Shown: positions 39,510 to 52,596 of the stretch, in pieces
Position numbering within the stretch: position 1 is the stretch's first letter
Layout: the number at the start of each line of letters is the position of its first letter
NCBI GenBank assembly: GCA_013265495.1
Contig: MU058844.1
Coordinates: forward strand, 11,306,184 to 11,370,183
Length of the DNA stretch: 64,000 nucleotides
Direction: 5' to 3'
Source: Vicugna vicugna
Taxonomy: Eukaryota
Notes under the pieces: generated by a model
What the model was told of the DNA's origin: nothing
Databases searched by the model: none
The model's input: only the letters and a program-made list of their open reading frames with translations
Position numbers and translations under genes: made by a program

Positions 39510-40645
39510 GAAGATGAAAGCAATCATTCTTTTAGGACACAAGTTAGATTACGTCATTCCTTTCCTCAGCTCTTTTAATGGCTTCTTGCCTCACTCAATA
39601 AAATGTCAACAACCCCTGCAATGAGCTTTAAGGCCCTACACAATTTGGCTGCTATTACATCTTTGACTTCATCTCCTGCTACTATTCCCCTGAACTCACC
39701 CTGTTCAGCCTGTAAGGGTTCAGAGCAAGCCTTCCCAAAATTTGCCACTTTGGCATGAGCGTTATTCTGCGCTAAAGGCAACTGAGACCCTGTGGGTTCA
39801 AGAGAAACCACTGCCCCTCCCTGAACTACACAGAAGAATTTCCGTTGGGGATTTTTCCCAGGAAAGAGTTATTGCTTGAGATACGGTTTATCTAAGTGTC
39901 CCCATCTACATGGCAGGACAGACAGCTAATTACCCAACATTTTCTCTTCTTTTCATCCTGTGCATGTCCCTTCTATCCTTGGAAGCCCCAGGCCTCTATC
40001 CCACTCCTTAGCCTAGAATGGTCTATAGACCTCATTTTACTTTTCTGTCTCTGGACCTCTCACGGATGCAGGGTCTCTAACCCCTCATGTATGTGGGGTT
40101 CCCATATGTATTAAATTAAATTAAATTTTTTCTTGTTAATCTGTTTCGTGTCAATTTCATGCCTAGACCAGCCAAAAGGACCTTGAAGAACAGGGAAAGT
40201 TTTCTTCTTCTCCAACAAGCCACACAGGATTGCCTGTTCACAAACCACCAAAAATAACCCCACACTAAGGTTTTGGAACTCTTTCCTCCAGATCTCCACA
40301 TGGCTAACTCTCTCACCTCCCTCAGGACTTGGCTCAAATCTCATCTTCAAAAGGAGACCTAATGACTCCCTTGTTAAAGCTGAGATAATCCATCTTTTTC
40401 AAATTCGTTTATCCTCCTCTATTGTTTTCTTTATTCTATGGTACTTATTTATCATCTCGTGTACTGTGAAACTTCTCAGGTGTCATGTGTGTTGTTTATT
40501 GTCAATTTCTGCCAATTAGAATGTAAACCCCATGTGGATAGAGATTTTTATCTGTTTCATTCCTTGATGCATTCCAAGCATCAGATCAATATCTGAAGCA
40601 TAGTAGGTACCCAATAAACATCTACTGAATAAACTGATGAGTGAG
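39510..40645 (+). mobile_element. L2 LINE 3' region split by an LTR
   Basis: The L2 motif CAGCC|ACAC is reconstituted when 39711-40221 is removed. It ends TAGAATGTAAAC...ATAGTAGGTACCCAATAAACATCTACTGAAT. Confidence 0.8.
39711..40217 (+). mobile_element. ERV1-class (MER34-like) solo LTR
   Basis: 507 bp, TGTAAGGG...CCAACA, with a perfect 4-bp TSD AGCC (39707-10 and 40218-21) and an ATTAAA poly(A)-signal-like motif near 40110. Confidence 0.88.
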
Positions 40646-42559
40646 CAGCTTTGACTGGATGGTAAAGGCAGTGGAAGGAAATCATTAATGACTTAATGTC
40701 TGAGGTAGCACCTTGATGATAAAGAGGAACTTAGACAGGAAGGGACGGTCTTCCTGACTCATCTATACCATGTCAGATTATTACTTTCAGCATGAGGAGG
40801 AGAGTTCTCAAACACAGATAACTTCTTAAAGTTTATGTAACTGGTACACTGGATAAATATGACTCATGGGATGAGATCATAAAACAAGTTTATTTTAGTC
40901 TCCTATTGTTCTCAAAATGTATTTTGTTGTTTATTTTCCACTAGATGGAAACACAGACTGTCTTAAGATTTGTGTGTGTGTGTCATTCTAAGGAAATAGT
41001 CACTTCAAATCAAAGCTACTATCTCAGGTTTATAAGTAAAATATTAAGCCCAACTTGTTTAATACTGACGTATATCCTTTCCTCTCATCCATCACATCCA
41101 TTGCGGGGAGATGGAGCAGGGTGGAGGAGGGGGCTCACAAAAAGGGGAAAAGGATGGTTGAATTTCTCTCTTCCTCTTTCCAGTTTGAAAATATTAGTTT
41201 CGGTTCACTGTAGAGTTAAATCCAGGAAGGGCATTGCAGAATGGAGGAGAGGACAGACCACACCGTCCTGAGCTGCGTTCAGAGGGTCTGGCAGCTGTCT
41301 AGGGCAGACCCTTTCCCCTCATTAGTGCTTTTTCGGGGGTTTCGGTTATTTGCTCAGTCACTGATGATCTCTCACCCCCCGGTTTCGTAAACTCATACTA
41401 AACAGTCTCTGTTCTGAGGGCTCAATTACTCTACCAACCTCAAAATCCAGATTCCAGAAACTGATGTCTATTTGCTCCTGCAGGCAACGCTTTACACAAG
41501 ATGATACTCAAGAGACTTTCTTTTGTTCCTGACCTATCTGTGGCTCATGGAAAACACTCAAAATCTCATCACGCTTCGCCACAACAAAAACATCTTCTAG
41601 CTATTACAATAGTTATCCAGTCATTTTTTTCCTGCTTTTAGAATTTTGAAAGTAGGAGTCCACTGTCTACCCACTCTGTCTGCCACCCCCCATAAATTAC
41701 AGGTGGTTCCTATTAAAATATTTGAGTGGTCTTAAGACCCCTCTTTTTTTAGTTTTGGTGAAGGAAAAGCATCCCTAACTCTTGCTATAATACGTAAAAG
41801 TGAGATCCACAGACCATTCCCCACACTCTCTCCATCTCTATTGAGTGAAGTTAATGTACTCCTGATAATCTTTTGATCACCTTAAGCACTGCAAACCTGG
41901 CTTGTGGCTAATTCCTGTTTGTTCTACAGGGCGGTCTGTCTCAGTGTTTATTTCGGTGCCTGAACGCTTTCAAAGAAAACGTGCTATTGGAGTTGAGCAT
42001 TATGAAGAACAACCTGATAATACAGTACAGGTCGCTTTGAAGCAGGACAAGACCAAGCAGTTGTCAAGGTAGTAAATGCATATGAGAAGAAACACACATG
42101 TACAGGAAACACCACATGAACCACTGTGGAACTGGGAAGTTTTTCTTTTAAAAAGGGTAAATGGAGTGAAAGAGATTCTGATTAATCTTGGATAACTGGA
42201 GGGATGATAGTAAAACTGTCATGGGACTTCAGAAAAAGATGATGATTCTTCATCTAGTTTGGACATTAATTCTGTGTGAAAAGTGAGACACTCTGTTAAG
42301 ACTTTCAGGAGGCATCTTGAGGGGCTCCTCTATGAAGGATCTGGATAGAGAATTGTGATGATTTGTGACAAAACTCAGAGCAATATATCATTGTAAAACT
42401 ATATGAAATGTACATTTAATTTTTAAAGAGAATTAACCAAAAAAAGAAAAAAAAATTAAGAAGATAATGAGAAAGTGTTTCAATATAAGGATAGTATCTG
42501 ACTCAGTAGACTCACATGGTCCTTAAAAAATAGAAGAAAGGAAAACAAATCAGTATAAC

Positions 42560-43780
42560 ATTGCCTCTATGAAGTAGAAACAGATGACAAAGGTGAGGAA
42601 AAACTGTTGATAAACAGCACACTTATTGAATTATAAAACAAACACTTTAGTCTGAATCAATAATTAGCAGATCTGACATCGCAGAACATTTAATTAGTGA
42701 TTTACAGGGCAAGACGGAGAAGAAAGTGAGGAATCCAGAGGAACAGAGCAGAGAGTACACTGAGCAAGAAAATGAGAAAAATGGCAAAGTAAATAGAAAT
42801 GCAACTTTTATATAAGAGAGATTTCCAAAAAGAAGGCAGAAGATTGTAAACAATAATCAAAGAGGAATTCTCAAGAACTATCCAGTTTTTAAAAATATGT
42901 GTTTTGAGATTGAGAGATGAGTCATATCCCAAGCAAACTAATCACAAAAGCAACATGACAACAAAAATAGCCTGACGACACTGGCACATTCTAAGCACAG
43001 AGAATGCTTCAAACACAGAGAAAGCAAGACACACGATGGCCCAACACTCCTTTCAAACACCAAATGCCAGAGCACAAGGCTGAAGGGAAAGATTATGACC
43101 CACGAGTTCCAATTCTGCCGAGCTGCTGTCCAAATGTGAAGGCAACAGATGGACAAAGGCTCATAAAATAGACCACTATTTTGAAAAAGTCTCTATAAAG
43201 ATTCATTGGTAATTGACAGATGGTAACAAACAGACAAGATCAAGGATGGTAGACTGTAGAGGAAAGTCTAGTGATGGGCATTGAAAAGAGTTAAACATAC
43301 CAAAAAATATACAGAAATAATTTGAAGTGTGGCAACTGTGTTTGTGAAATATTAGGCATGTACAGTTTTTATTTAAAGTGATTTTTGACATTTTTAAAAG
43401 ATGAGCATATCACCTAAAACCAGACAGAGGTTGATGTAGAAAACAACAAAGGCTTTGAGTTCCTTATAGTCCAAAGCACGAAAGGCTCTTCATTGCACGT
43501 GGAAAATACGACAGACAGACAGGTAGACAGACAGACAGACAGACAGATGAAAGAAAGAAAGAACAAATTATTCTTAAAATTTGGATCAGAAATAAGATAC
43601 TAATTTCAAAATATGTATTTTATAGTCTTGAAATATTAAAAAGGAGTCTTCATAAAACAAAAAAATATCAGAGGAAGCAAAAACAAATGAAAGGAAGCAT
43701 CAAAATGTAAAATACAGGAAGGGAAAAATTAAAAATAATAATTACTATAACATGAGAGTAGTTTACTATGCGCCCTGCCT
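42560..43780 (+). mobile_element. Ancient HAL1/L1ME ORF1-region remnant
   Basis: A-rich degenerate ORF1 motifs (AATAATCAAAGAGGAATTCTCAAGAACTATCCAG; CAAATGCCAGAGCACAAGG; CAAATGTGAAGGCAACAGA). It includes (GACA)n at about 43511-43546. Confidence 0.6.
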
Positions 43781-44204
43781 TCTGTGTGTGGGGCTTATCT
43801 CCTTCAATCTTTAGAATTGCCACACGGAATATATCCTATTGTTATTTTCTTCATTACAGACGGATAATTAAAGTTTGAGAAAATGATGTAACGTACCCAA
43901 CACACGCTTACTTTTTCTTCTTTGACCACTGTCTCTCTTGACTTTCCTCCTAAATTGGCATCCAGGTAGATAAAGAGGTAAGTCAATCTAGAATTACAGT
44001 GCTAAGAACAGAGTTAAAGTACATGACACTTAAGGTGCATAGATTACAACCAGAGAGGTGATTTTGACATTTTGTAGTCAAAGGTACAGTCTAGGAGTAC
44101 AGATGTTACTAAAACACGTGGGTGGCTGAGATGGAAATAGAAATGGCAGTCTTCGGGTAGAAGGAACTTGTTCTCAGAGATCTTAGAAGTGTCATCAAGA
44201 CCTT

Positions 44205-44600
44205 CTGCCAGTTAGGTTGGGTCCAGGCTAAGCTGCTTTTACAGCAGATCCGAAAATACACTCACTCAAATAAGCATACTGTGCCCTAAAGTTACAGGCA
44301 GGTATCGGTAGGAGCTTAGTTCCACAAAGTAATCCAGAAATTCAAGTTCTATTTTGTTCTTCTGTCATCCCCTAGGGTGTCTTCCTTTTCTAAATAGTCC
44401 AAGCTCTCTTTCCATCGGGTTCATGAACCAGTTTGCAGGAAGCAAAGAAGCAGCTTCAGGCAAGCAGCTGATCTGCACATAGCACAGCTGTTATAATCAT
44501 AGCCCACTGCCCAGACACAAGGAAGGTTTAGATACACAGCTTCTGGCTGGCTGACTGTGTTACAGTAAATCTAATGAGGTTCTTTATTAAAAAGAAGAAT
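44205..44600 (-). mobile_element. Old MLT1 (MLT1J-like) LTR remnant
   Basis: AGTTAGG...AGGCTAAGCTGC...TCCACAAAGTAATCCAG...TCTGTCATCCCTAGG...CAGCTTCTGGCTGG. Confidence 0.55.
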
Positions 44601-45524
44601 TAAAGAGTGCATATTTGGAGTGTGCCTAACTGGGAGATAATCAGTAGTCTCAGATACAAAGTCAAAATACAGGAGAGAAAAAAGGACTATGAAAGAGCTG
44701 TTGAAATCAGTGCAGAAAGCATTAAAACCTTCTCTGGGAGGTAGGTAGGTGACCACCATAGCAAAGAAAGTGCCATGAGTGTATGAATTCTGTTAAAGAA
44801 AAGATCCTAGGTTCTCCTTTGAGAATATTCAACACTTTTACTGATATTGTGAGGTTTAGTGACCTTGAGAAGAAAGAAATTCAAGACAGACAGGATCTGT
44901 GGAGAGTAATGACACGGACTTACACACTCACGGAAGAACGGGGACCCCAAGTTTTGAAAAGAAGGAGTTACACAGAGGGAATTAGGAGTAAACAGGAATA
45001 ACTAAGGACAAAGGGATGCCAGTGCTGGAGATAAAAATTAGGGGAAAATGAGAAGGAAGACATGTTCACTTGTAGCACTCATGTTAATATCCAGGACAGG
45101 AGAAACAGGGAGGAATCGTGGTATATTAACAAAAAGGTAACCAAAAGAACATTCTCCCTCTTACATATGGTTTCTTACTTTTCTTTTTATCTTCATTGCA
45201 ACAGTTCTTTGCAAAATACCTTACTGTAAGCAAACATTACTCTTTCAGAATCTGAATATAAATTATAAATAAATATGTCCGAATCATGAGATATAAAAAT
45301 AAAAAAACTGGACAAAATTTTAAGTATGGGGTGAATGTGCTTAATCTAGACTCTTGGCATAAAAAAAATGTACCTTAGAAACTGTCATCTCCCAATTGCT
45401 ATTTCATTTTGATGGTCACATCACACCTCCTATGTTGGCGGACCGGTGTGGAGGCCACTATGACAGCTGGTGTACACACACTGGTTGCTTGTCCAAGTAA
45501 TTTACTTGCCCTAGTCATTTCATG

Positions 45525-45720
45525 GCTTCTGGTGTTGGATTTCACCCTCTTGGTAACGGTGATGATTGAAGGATTTGAAGCAGAAGGTAACATCACTGGG
45601 TTTGCATTTGAAGAGTTTACTGTGATGGCAGAGTGCAAAACTGACGGAAATCAAATCGAACTATAAAATAGGGATGACACTTTAGAAATTAGCAGTGTCA
45701 AGCCAGATGAAAGAAGATAC
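45525..45720 (-). mobile_element. L2 fragment
   Basis: The minus strand CTCTTCAAATGCAAACCCAGTGATGTTACCTTCTGCTTCAAATCCTTCAAT...GGGTGAAATCCAAC parallels the L2 motif (AAATGCAAATCTGATCATGTCACT..CTGCTTAAAACCCTTCAATGG...ATAAAATCCAAAC). Confidence 0.65.
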
Positions 45721-47659
45721 AAAACCAATTACTCCGTGGGCTGGTAAAACATCATTATGAACATGGCTTATAAATAAATGCTACAAATGTACAGAAATAC
45801 AACTTAAGGAAATGACGGACAGTAAAGCACATACTTTGTTTTGTAACGGGTTTGGAAGAAGCCAGAATCATTAAATATTATGCCCAATGCCACTAAAATA
45901 TTTTCTAGATGGTAATATTTTTTAACAAGCTTCCAGATTGTTTTGAAATGTCTGCAAGGTTGGTTAACTTTTACTACAACACGGAGGAAGCAAGACCACA
46001 GTAACACACTCAGGAGCATGTATTTTGTTAGTCTAATTTTTGTTGGAAGAGCTGCAGTGCTATGCTTTTAGAAATGTAGTCCTTTGCTATGTCCCGTCAA
46101 ATTTTGCCTCAGAACCCTTGAAAAGTCTTATTTCTGCTATTCAGTGACCTCTTGGCTATACACTAATAGATTTCCAACCCACTGAGAAGCAAACCCTCAC
46201 AGACACTTTTCAAACTTTCAAAGCTATGATTAAATATGCCTTTACATCAAAAATCAATCTCCTTTAAGGCATGCAAGGGATTTGCTCTGCAGAGCTCAGA
46301 CTAACGCATTAGACAGGCTCACCTAGACCTTTAAAATATCTACCTTTTCCCCTTGTAGGTGTTCTAAGGCTGTTCATAAAGCCAGATTTTCACAGGCCCC
46401 CAAGTCTCAATTAATATGTTGGCTTAATCACATGCTCTCATTTATTACAGGATATTCTTGAATTATGCAAAAATTAAATGCTGGAAATGTCACAATCAGC
46501 AATTAGCAGATGTGCCTTTTTGATACTTTGGCTGGTTACCTAAACGATTCCTAGTCCTAACTCTTTACAAACTTCCAAGCTACATGGAGATTATCTTCAA
46601 GCAGTTGCACCATTTCCATAAAGTAAATAATACATTGCTCTCTAAAGTTGTCAAAGCAATAAAACAAATATCAGAGGTGAACTTAGCTAGTATTTATTGA
46701 ATTTTTAATATATAAGATATATAGATAACTGATTTTATTTATTAATTTTTTTATAATTTTAATGTTTTCCTGTACTTGTTAACCTTGTATCTCCTAAGAG
46801 ATACGTAAGCTCCCTGGGGACAGGGATCCCATCTTATATTCTCCTTAATTTCCCCACTACATTTAGCACAGTACTAGATGTTAGTAGGTAATTCTCAACA
46901 AATACTAACAATGAGCCTTAAATACTAGAACAAGTCTAGTTACAATTTACTTTCACTTTGTGAGTGCAAATAACAGCCCCATTTAGTTCAATAAACAGAA
47001 CAGTAGACTGAAATTAACAGGTTCTGTTGTCATTGATCTGACATTATTAAGCCATTCACAGATTTCTGTTATAGCTGAAGCGCAATATTGAAGCAGTCAA
47101 TAAAACCTTATCACCAACTGTCCCAAATGTCACACTAACCTCTTACAGGGCTTGTGATGTCATTGTCTATGATATTTGCTTCAGTTGTACCGTTTTTTAC
47201 AATGAAGCAGTACTTTCATTTGTACCACTTCTCTTTTATTAAATATCAAGTCTCCATGTGGTTTCCCACAATGTCTTCACATTGTTCCAATGTTTAATTA
47301 CTTTGTTAATTTGCCAGCAAGTCACAAAGTGGAGTTGAATTAATGAAAGAAGTCTACACATGATCACAGACCACTTGGCAGAGGCTGCGAAAACACACAC
47401 CAAAAGAAGATTCTGATCATTTATCAGCTTGCAAGGAGTAGGTCCTGAAAACTCAAATAAGATATTCAACAGAAACACAGAGTGAAAATCCAGAACAAAG
47501 TTATAGTGATTCACATTTCCAGCAGATTGTTCCAGAGTAATTAAAATTCAACCCAAACCAAACACAACACCTTTATCTCAAAACTGCTAAATTCCTCAGA
47601 CTGGGGAACTCACACTGTATCTGGTCATCTATGGCACCAACATGATTTCTTTTGCATTC

Positions 47660-48210
47660 TCACAGTCTACATTTAGTCAACAAGAACTATGGATTCTGTC
47701 TTCTTGATATCTTTCAAATCTCTCTACTTCTCTCTACCCCCAGGGCCACAACAATATGTTGTAACTACCATCATCTTCTCCTAGTCTGCCCCAAATCCTC
47801 TTGACTCATTTCCCTGCCTCTAGGCTTGCAATAGAATTCCATTCACCGCATTGCCCCGATATTAACTTTCCAAACTATAATTTCAAGTTCCTTTTGGGTT
47901 AAATATTCCCCCAGATTCTTCATAGCCTCCAACATAAAATCCTAATTTCCTAGAAAGATATTCACACCCGTTTACAATCTAGCTTATGATCCTTCCCAAT
48001 CTCATCTCTGACCCCTGCCTCATATACATTGTCTGTTCCAGTGATCTTTCACTTTGAGTGCTTGTGTATTGGGCCATGTTATTGCACTTGGCTGTCCTGA
48101 CCATACTCCCATCTGCTCTCCTTTACCTGGATAACATCTATCTAAAAAAATTCCTGTTCAGTTTTTATGTTTCCCCTCCTCCAGGCTTCATGCCGTCTAA
48201 AGAACACTTC
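47660..48210 (+). mobile_element. L2 fragment
   Basis: CTACCATCATCTTCTCCTAG...TTCCCTGCCTCTAGGCTTGC...ATAAAATCCTAATTTCCTAG...CTTTACCTGGATAAC. Confidence 0.65.
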
Positions 48211-48521
48211 ATTGCTATACCTTCTATTCCCCTGGCTAAAATAAAGTATGGAAGCCTAAGTTCCAAAGAAGACTGAGGGTTTTTTGTGTTTGTTTTTGTT
48301 CGGTTTGTTTTGTTTTTCAATGACAAACAAAATAGACAATGAAATTTGTTAGGATCAAGAAGAAACAAAAATTGAAGTTCTGCTCCTTGGAAGTGTTAAG
48401 GGGAAAAAACTGTGAAACAGGGATAGGTGTCAATGTCATATATTAGCTGGCACATCAATTAAGCATAATAATTTTCAAACTAGAAACAGTGGACTAAGAG
48501 ATAATCAGAAGTCAAAACAGA

Positions 48522-49039
48522 TGTATTAGTTTCCTATTGCTGCTGTAACAAATGACCACAAACTTAGCAGCTTAAAGCAATACAAATTAATTACCTTACA
48601 GTTCTGGAAGTCAGAAGTCCAAAAAGGCTCTCATTGGGCTACGTTAAGGTGTCATCAGGGCAGTCAGTGTTCCTTTCTGGAGGCTCTAGGAAAGATCTAT
48701 TTTCTCACCTTTCCACTTTCTTGAGGCTGCCTGCTTTTCTTGGCTCATGTCCTCCTCCCATCTTCAAAGCCAGTAATGGCCAGTCAAGCTGTGCTTACAT
48801 AGAATCACTCTGACATTGACTCTTCTCTCTCCCTCTTATACATTTAAAAGACTCTTATAATTACACTGGGTCCACTGAATGATAAAAGATAATCTTCCAA
48901 TTTTAAGGTCAGTTGATCAGCAACCATGATTCTATGATTTTAATTTCCCTTTGTCCTGTAATCTAAATTATTCATAGGTTCCTGGAATTAGGACTTAAGG
49001 ACACCTGGGGGGAGGGGGTGGAGCTTATTCTAACTACCA
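48522..49039 (-). mobile_element. MLT1D-like (ERVL-MaLR) solo LTR
   Basis: TGTATTAGTTTCCTATTGCTGCTGTAACAAATGACCACAAACTTAG...CTACCA, with a degenerate TSD ACAGA/GCAGA. Confidence 0.9.
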
Positions 49040-50264
49040 GCAGAGGTAATATCATAAAAGTACGTTATCTTTTTTCAAAGGAATCCAGGTTTGTATATTA
49101 ATTTATGATTAGTTTGGGAGATTCTATAACCAGAAACACCTGGCCCCCCCACTTACTTGGAAAATTATCAAAAACTCGAACTATAAGAGTTCCCTACCTA
49201 CTCTTTGTCAGGTAGTATTGTTGGAATACACATGTATTTAAAACACATAGCCTCTTCTCACAATCACTATATTGTAAAATGGAATAATACTAGAGTTATT
49301 TTGAGAATTAAATAACTCAAAATATACAAAGTGTAAAATACATACCACAGTCAAATTTCACTGTACGTTGGAAGAGCTCAATACATGATGAGTATATTAT
49401 GTCTCTGTGAATGGTAGTGGCTGTTATTATTATGAAGCTGGAATAAAAGTTGTTCCATTTAAACCTACCAAGAGCTTGAGTTAGACACCTTGGGAAGCTA
49501 CCAGAAATATTTTTAAGCAAAGACGTACTGTTGCCCAGTAAAACATCTAGGTAGGTGCTTTCAGAACTATGAAAGCCAAGGCCTTATGGATGTGATCCAG
49601 AAGGACAGTACAGTGCTCTGCATAATGAAGAAACACCCCTGAGAGTTTCCTCCAGGCAACTGGAACAGGAGATGGATAAGTCAGAGTGGAGGCCCAGCAT
49701 CATGACAAAGAGCAGAGGCCAGATAAGAATATGGGTCAAAGACACATTTTCCAACTCAGAAAAAGCTCGAAAACTTTTAAGACCCTAATTAGAACAACAA
49801 TTATAAGTTGTTCTTTGTTAAGTAATGTGCAAAATAAAGCCCCTAATTCCTCCCAAAATTTTAGTAGAAGGTGGTTCCCATCAGCAGTCTTGCTTTAGTG
49901 GTGCCAATGATGCAAAAGGGGCCAGTGTTCAGCTCAGAGCAAAGCAGCCTGAGCCTGCAGTGTGCACAGTCATTCCAGCCAACAAGGCAAGCAAGGGCCA
50001 TACGGGGAATGACTCATCAGGGACATAAGACAATTCTCTTTCTTTCCAAATATGCTAGAGGAAGGAGAACTGAATCTCCTTTTTGAGGAGAGGGAAAGCA
50101 GAGGGAGTTGTTCATTTCTGATCTCACGTATTTTCTGTTACAGAGATTAGAGCCACCCAGATATCAGGTATTATTTTTGTGACTTATTCACATGATGATG
50201 ATTATGATGGCGGTTTTCTCATCATTATTACTTCCAGATGATCTACATTATTTGGGCAGCAAGA

Positions 50265-50660
50265 AATATTGGAAAATCATTTTCAGAAGCACCATATGGA
50301 ATATTTAAGAAATCTTGGAGCAGAAAAGAAGTACAAGAAGAATGAAAATGTCATATCATAGCTTTCTAAAAAGGAAATGTGTTAGTTTCTAATATATAAA
50401 GACAGGTCAACAATGCAAATTTTGACAAAAATCTAAAACGTATTACTTAAATGTAGACTTTTACTTTGAGTGTATTTACTCTACAAAAGATGTCATGTGA
50501 ATTTTTTTTTCTAGTTTGAAAAGACTTCTAAGCTTTTCAAGGCAACTAAGAAGTTTTGTGAAAAGACAATTTGTGCCACAAAGATATAGTAGAAACAGTT
50601 TCTTCAAAAGCATAAAATTTTTCCAAATAATAATGTTATCTTTTGGGATGTTACTTTAAC
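50265..50660 (+). mobile_element. L3/CR1 RT-region remnant
   Basis: Degenerate resemblance to CR1 RT motifs (AAATGTCATATCATAGCTTTCTAAAAAGG...TATAAAGACAGGTCA...ACAAAAATCTAAAACGTATTA). Confidence 0.4.
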
Positions 50661-50967
50661 CTCTTCAGGTTACTCAGTTACAAACAGCAATATAACACGT
50701 TCTCTAGAAATCTGAAAGATTTAACATACACCCTAAAATTGTCGAATGTAAACAAGATGTAGTAGTTCCCAGTCTGCTTGAATACATCTTATTTCCTACG
50801 GTAAAAACGTTCTAGCCTCTTTAAGTCCTATTTCTACTATAAATGTAAGACACAACTGGTAATTTTAAAATCATATTACACAACTGCCAAGTATTTAAGA
50901 AAGGAGTAAACACATTTCTAATCAAACCAAAACTAATGATTTTTTGAAAGGAATGTGTATAAATATA

Positions 50968-51388
50968 TGTTCAGGAGAGACTCTTAGAGAGCCCCAATCA
51001 TTCCCGCCTCCTGGTACACGTGGCCTTGAGCAATGCCTCCCCTTGAATGCGATGGGAATGCCCAACAGAATGCAGCAAAAGTGATGGGATATCACTTCTA
51101 TGATTATATTACACAAGGCTGTGACATCTGTTCTGCTAAGAGTCTCCCTTTCTAATTCTGATGAAGCAAGTGGCCATGTTGTGGGAAACCTACATGGCAA
51201 GGCACCGAGGGTGGCCTCTGACTGACAACCAGCAAAAACTCGAAGCCCTTAGTCTATAACAACCCACAGAAAGTGGATGCTGCCAGTAACTACCTGAGTT
51301 TGAAGCAGATTCATGCCAACTCAAGCTTTTAGGTGAGAGCCCTGCAAGACACCTGGACTGCAGCCTTGTAGAGGACCAAGCTATCTAC
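50968..51388 (+). mobile_element. MLT1 (MLT1F/G-like) LTR, 5' part; the 3' part resumes at about 57090-57155
   Basis: TCCCGCCTCCTGGTACAC...CCTCCCCTTGA...GCAAGTGGCCATGTTG...ACATGGCAAGG. The terminal TTTTAAGCTGGTAAGTTTG...AATAAATAATACA lies at 57100-57154. Confidence 0.8.
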
Positions 51389-52596
51389 GTTTTACTTTGA
51401 GATGACTGTGGATTCCTTTATAGCTGTATAAAATAATACTGAGAGATACTCTGCACCCTTTGTCTACTTTGCCCTAATGGAAACATTTCTGCAAAAGCTA
51501 CAGTATAATATCTCAGCCAGAACACTAACATTGACAATGCTAAGGTACAAAAAACTTCCATCACCACAGAATCCTCTTATTGCCCTGCTGTAGCCACAGT
51601 CACTTCTCTGCCATCTTCAACCCCTACTTAACCCTTGGCAACCATTATTGTCTTCTATAATTTTGTTGTTCACCAAATGTTATATAAATGTAAATTGTTG
51701 GATTGCATTCTTTCACTCAGCAGAATTCACTGGGGATTCATCTAGATTGTCTCATGTCATGATTTTATGGTATTCATTTTTATGAAATCGTAATTTGTTT
51801 AACCGTTCTTCCTTAAAGGATCTCTGGACTGTTTCCAGTTGTGGGCTATTAACATTCAGTACAGCCTTTGGTGGACATAAGTTTTTGTTTCTTGGGGACA
51901 GATGCCCAGAACTTAGGTTGCATGTTTAGTGTGAGTTTTTTTGTTTGTTTTAATAAACTGCCAAATTATTTCCCAGAGTGGCTGTACCATTTTACATTCC
52001 CACCAGCAACATATATGTGATCTGGTTTTCCTGCACTCCTACCAGGGTTTAGTATGGTCAGCTTTTATTTAGAAAGTCTGGCTGGTGTACAAAGACATTT
52101 CTTTTTGGTTTTATTTCCCTAACGTCTAACAGGGTTGAACATTCTGTCATGTGCTTTCTTGTCATCTGTATATCCACTTCAATGAAATGTCTCTTCATTT
52201 CCCTTTTGCAATTGCCCACTGTCAATTTCCTGTGGATTGTTTGTTTGCTTGTTTGAATGTTGATTGTTTTCTCATATATTCCAGATGCTAGTCCTTTGTC
52301 AGATATAAGGTTTCCTAATATTTTCTCCCAGTCTGCGGCTTGGATTTTCATCCTCTTAACAGATTTTGACCCAGAACAACATTTTTCAATTTTGATGAAG
52401 TCCAAACTATCTTCATTTTATAAATTATGCTTTTGTTACCAAGTCTAAAAACAATCCTCCTAACCCAATATCCTGAAGATTTCCTCCTATTTTTTTTTTC
52501 TCAAAGTGCTGTAGTTCTATGTTTATTACATTCAAGCCCTTGATTCATTTTAAGTTAATCTTACATATGGTGTGAGACTTAGGTCAAATTTCATTT

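Noticed and set aside
45374..45640. Exon-like minus-strand segment with a Ser/Thr-rich ORF (LHSAITVNSSNANPVMLPS...)
   Set aside because: Its 5' half matches an L2 remnant, all three frames contain stops before the donor, and no protein was recognised. At most it is an exonised non-coding repeat.
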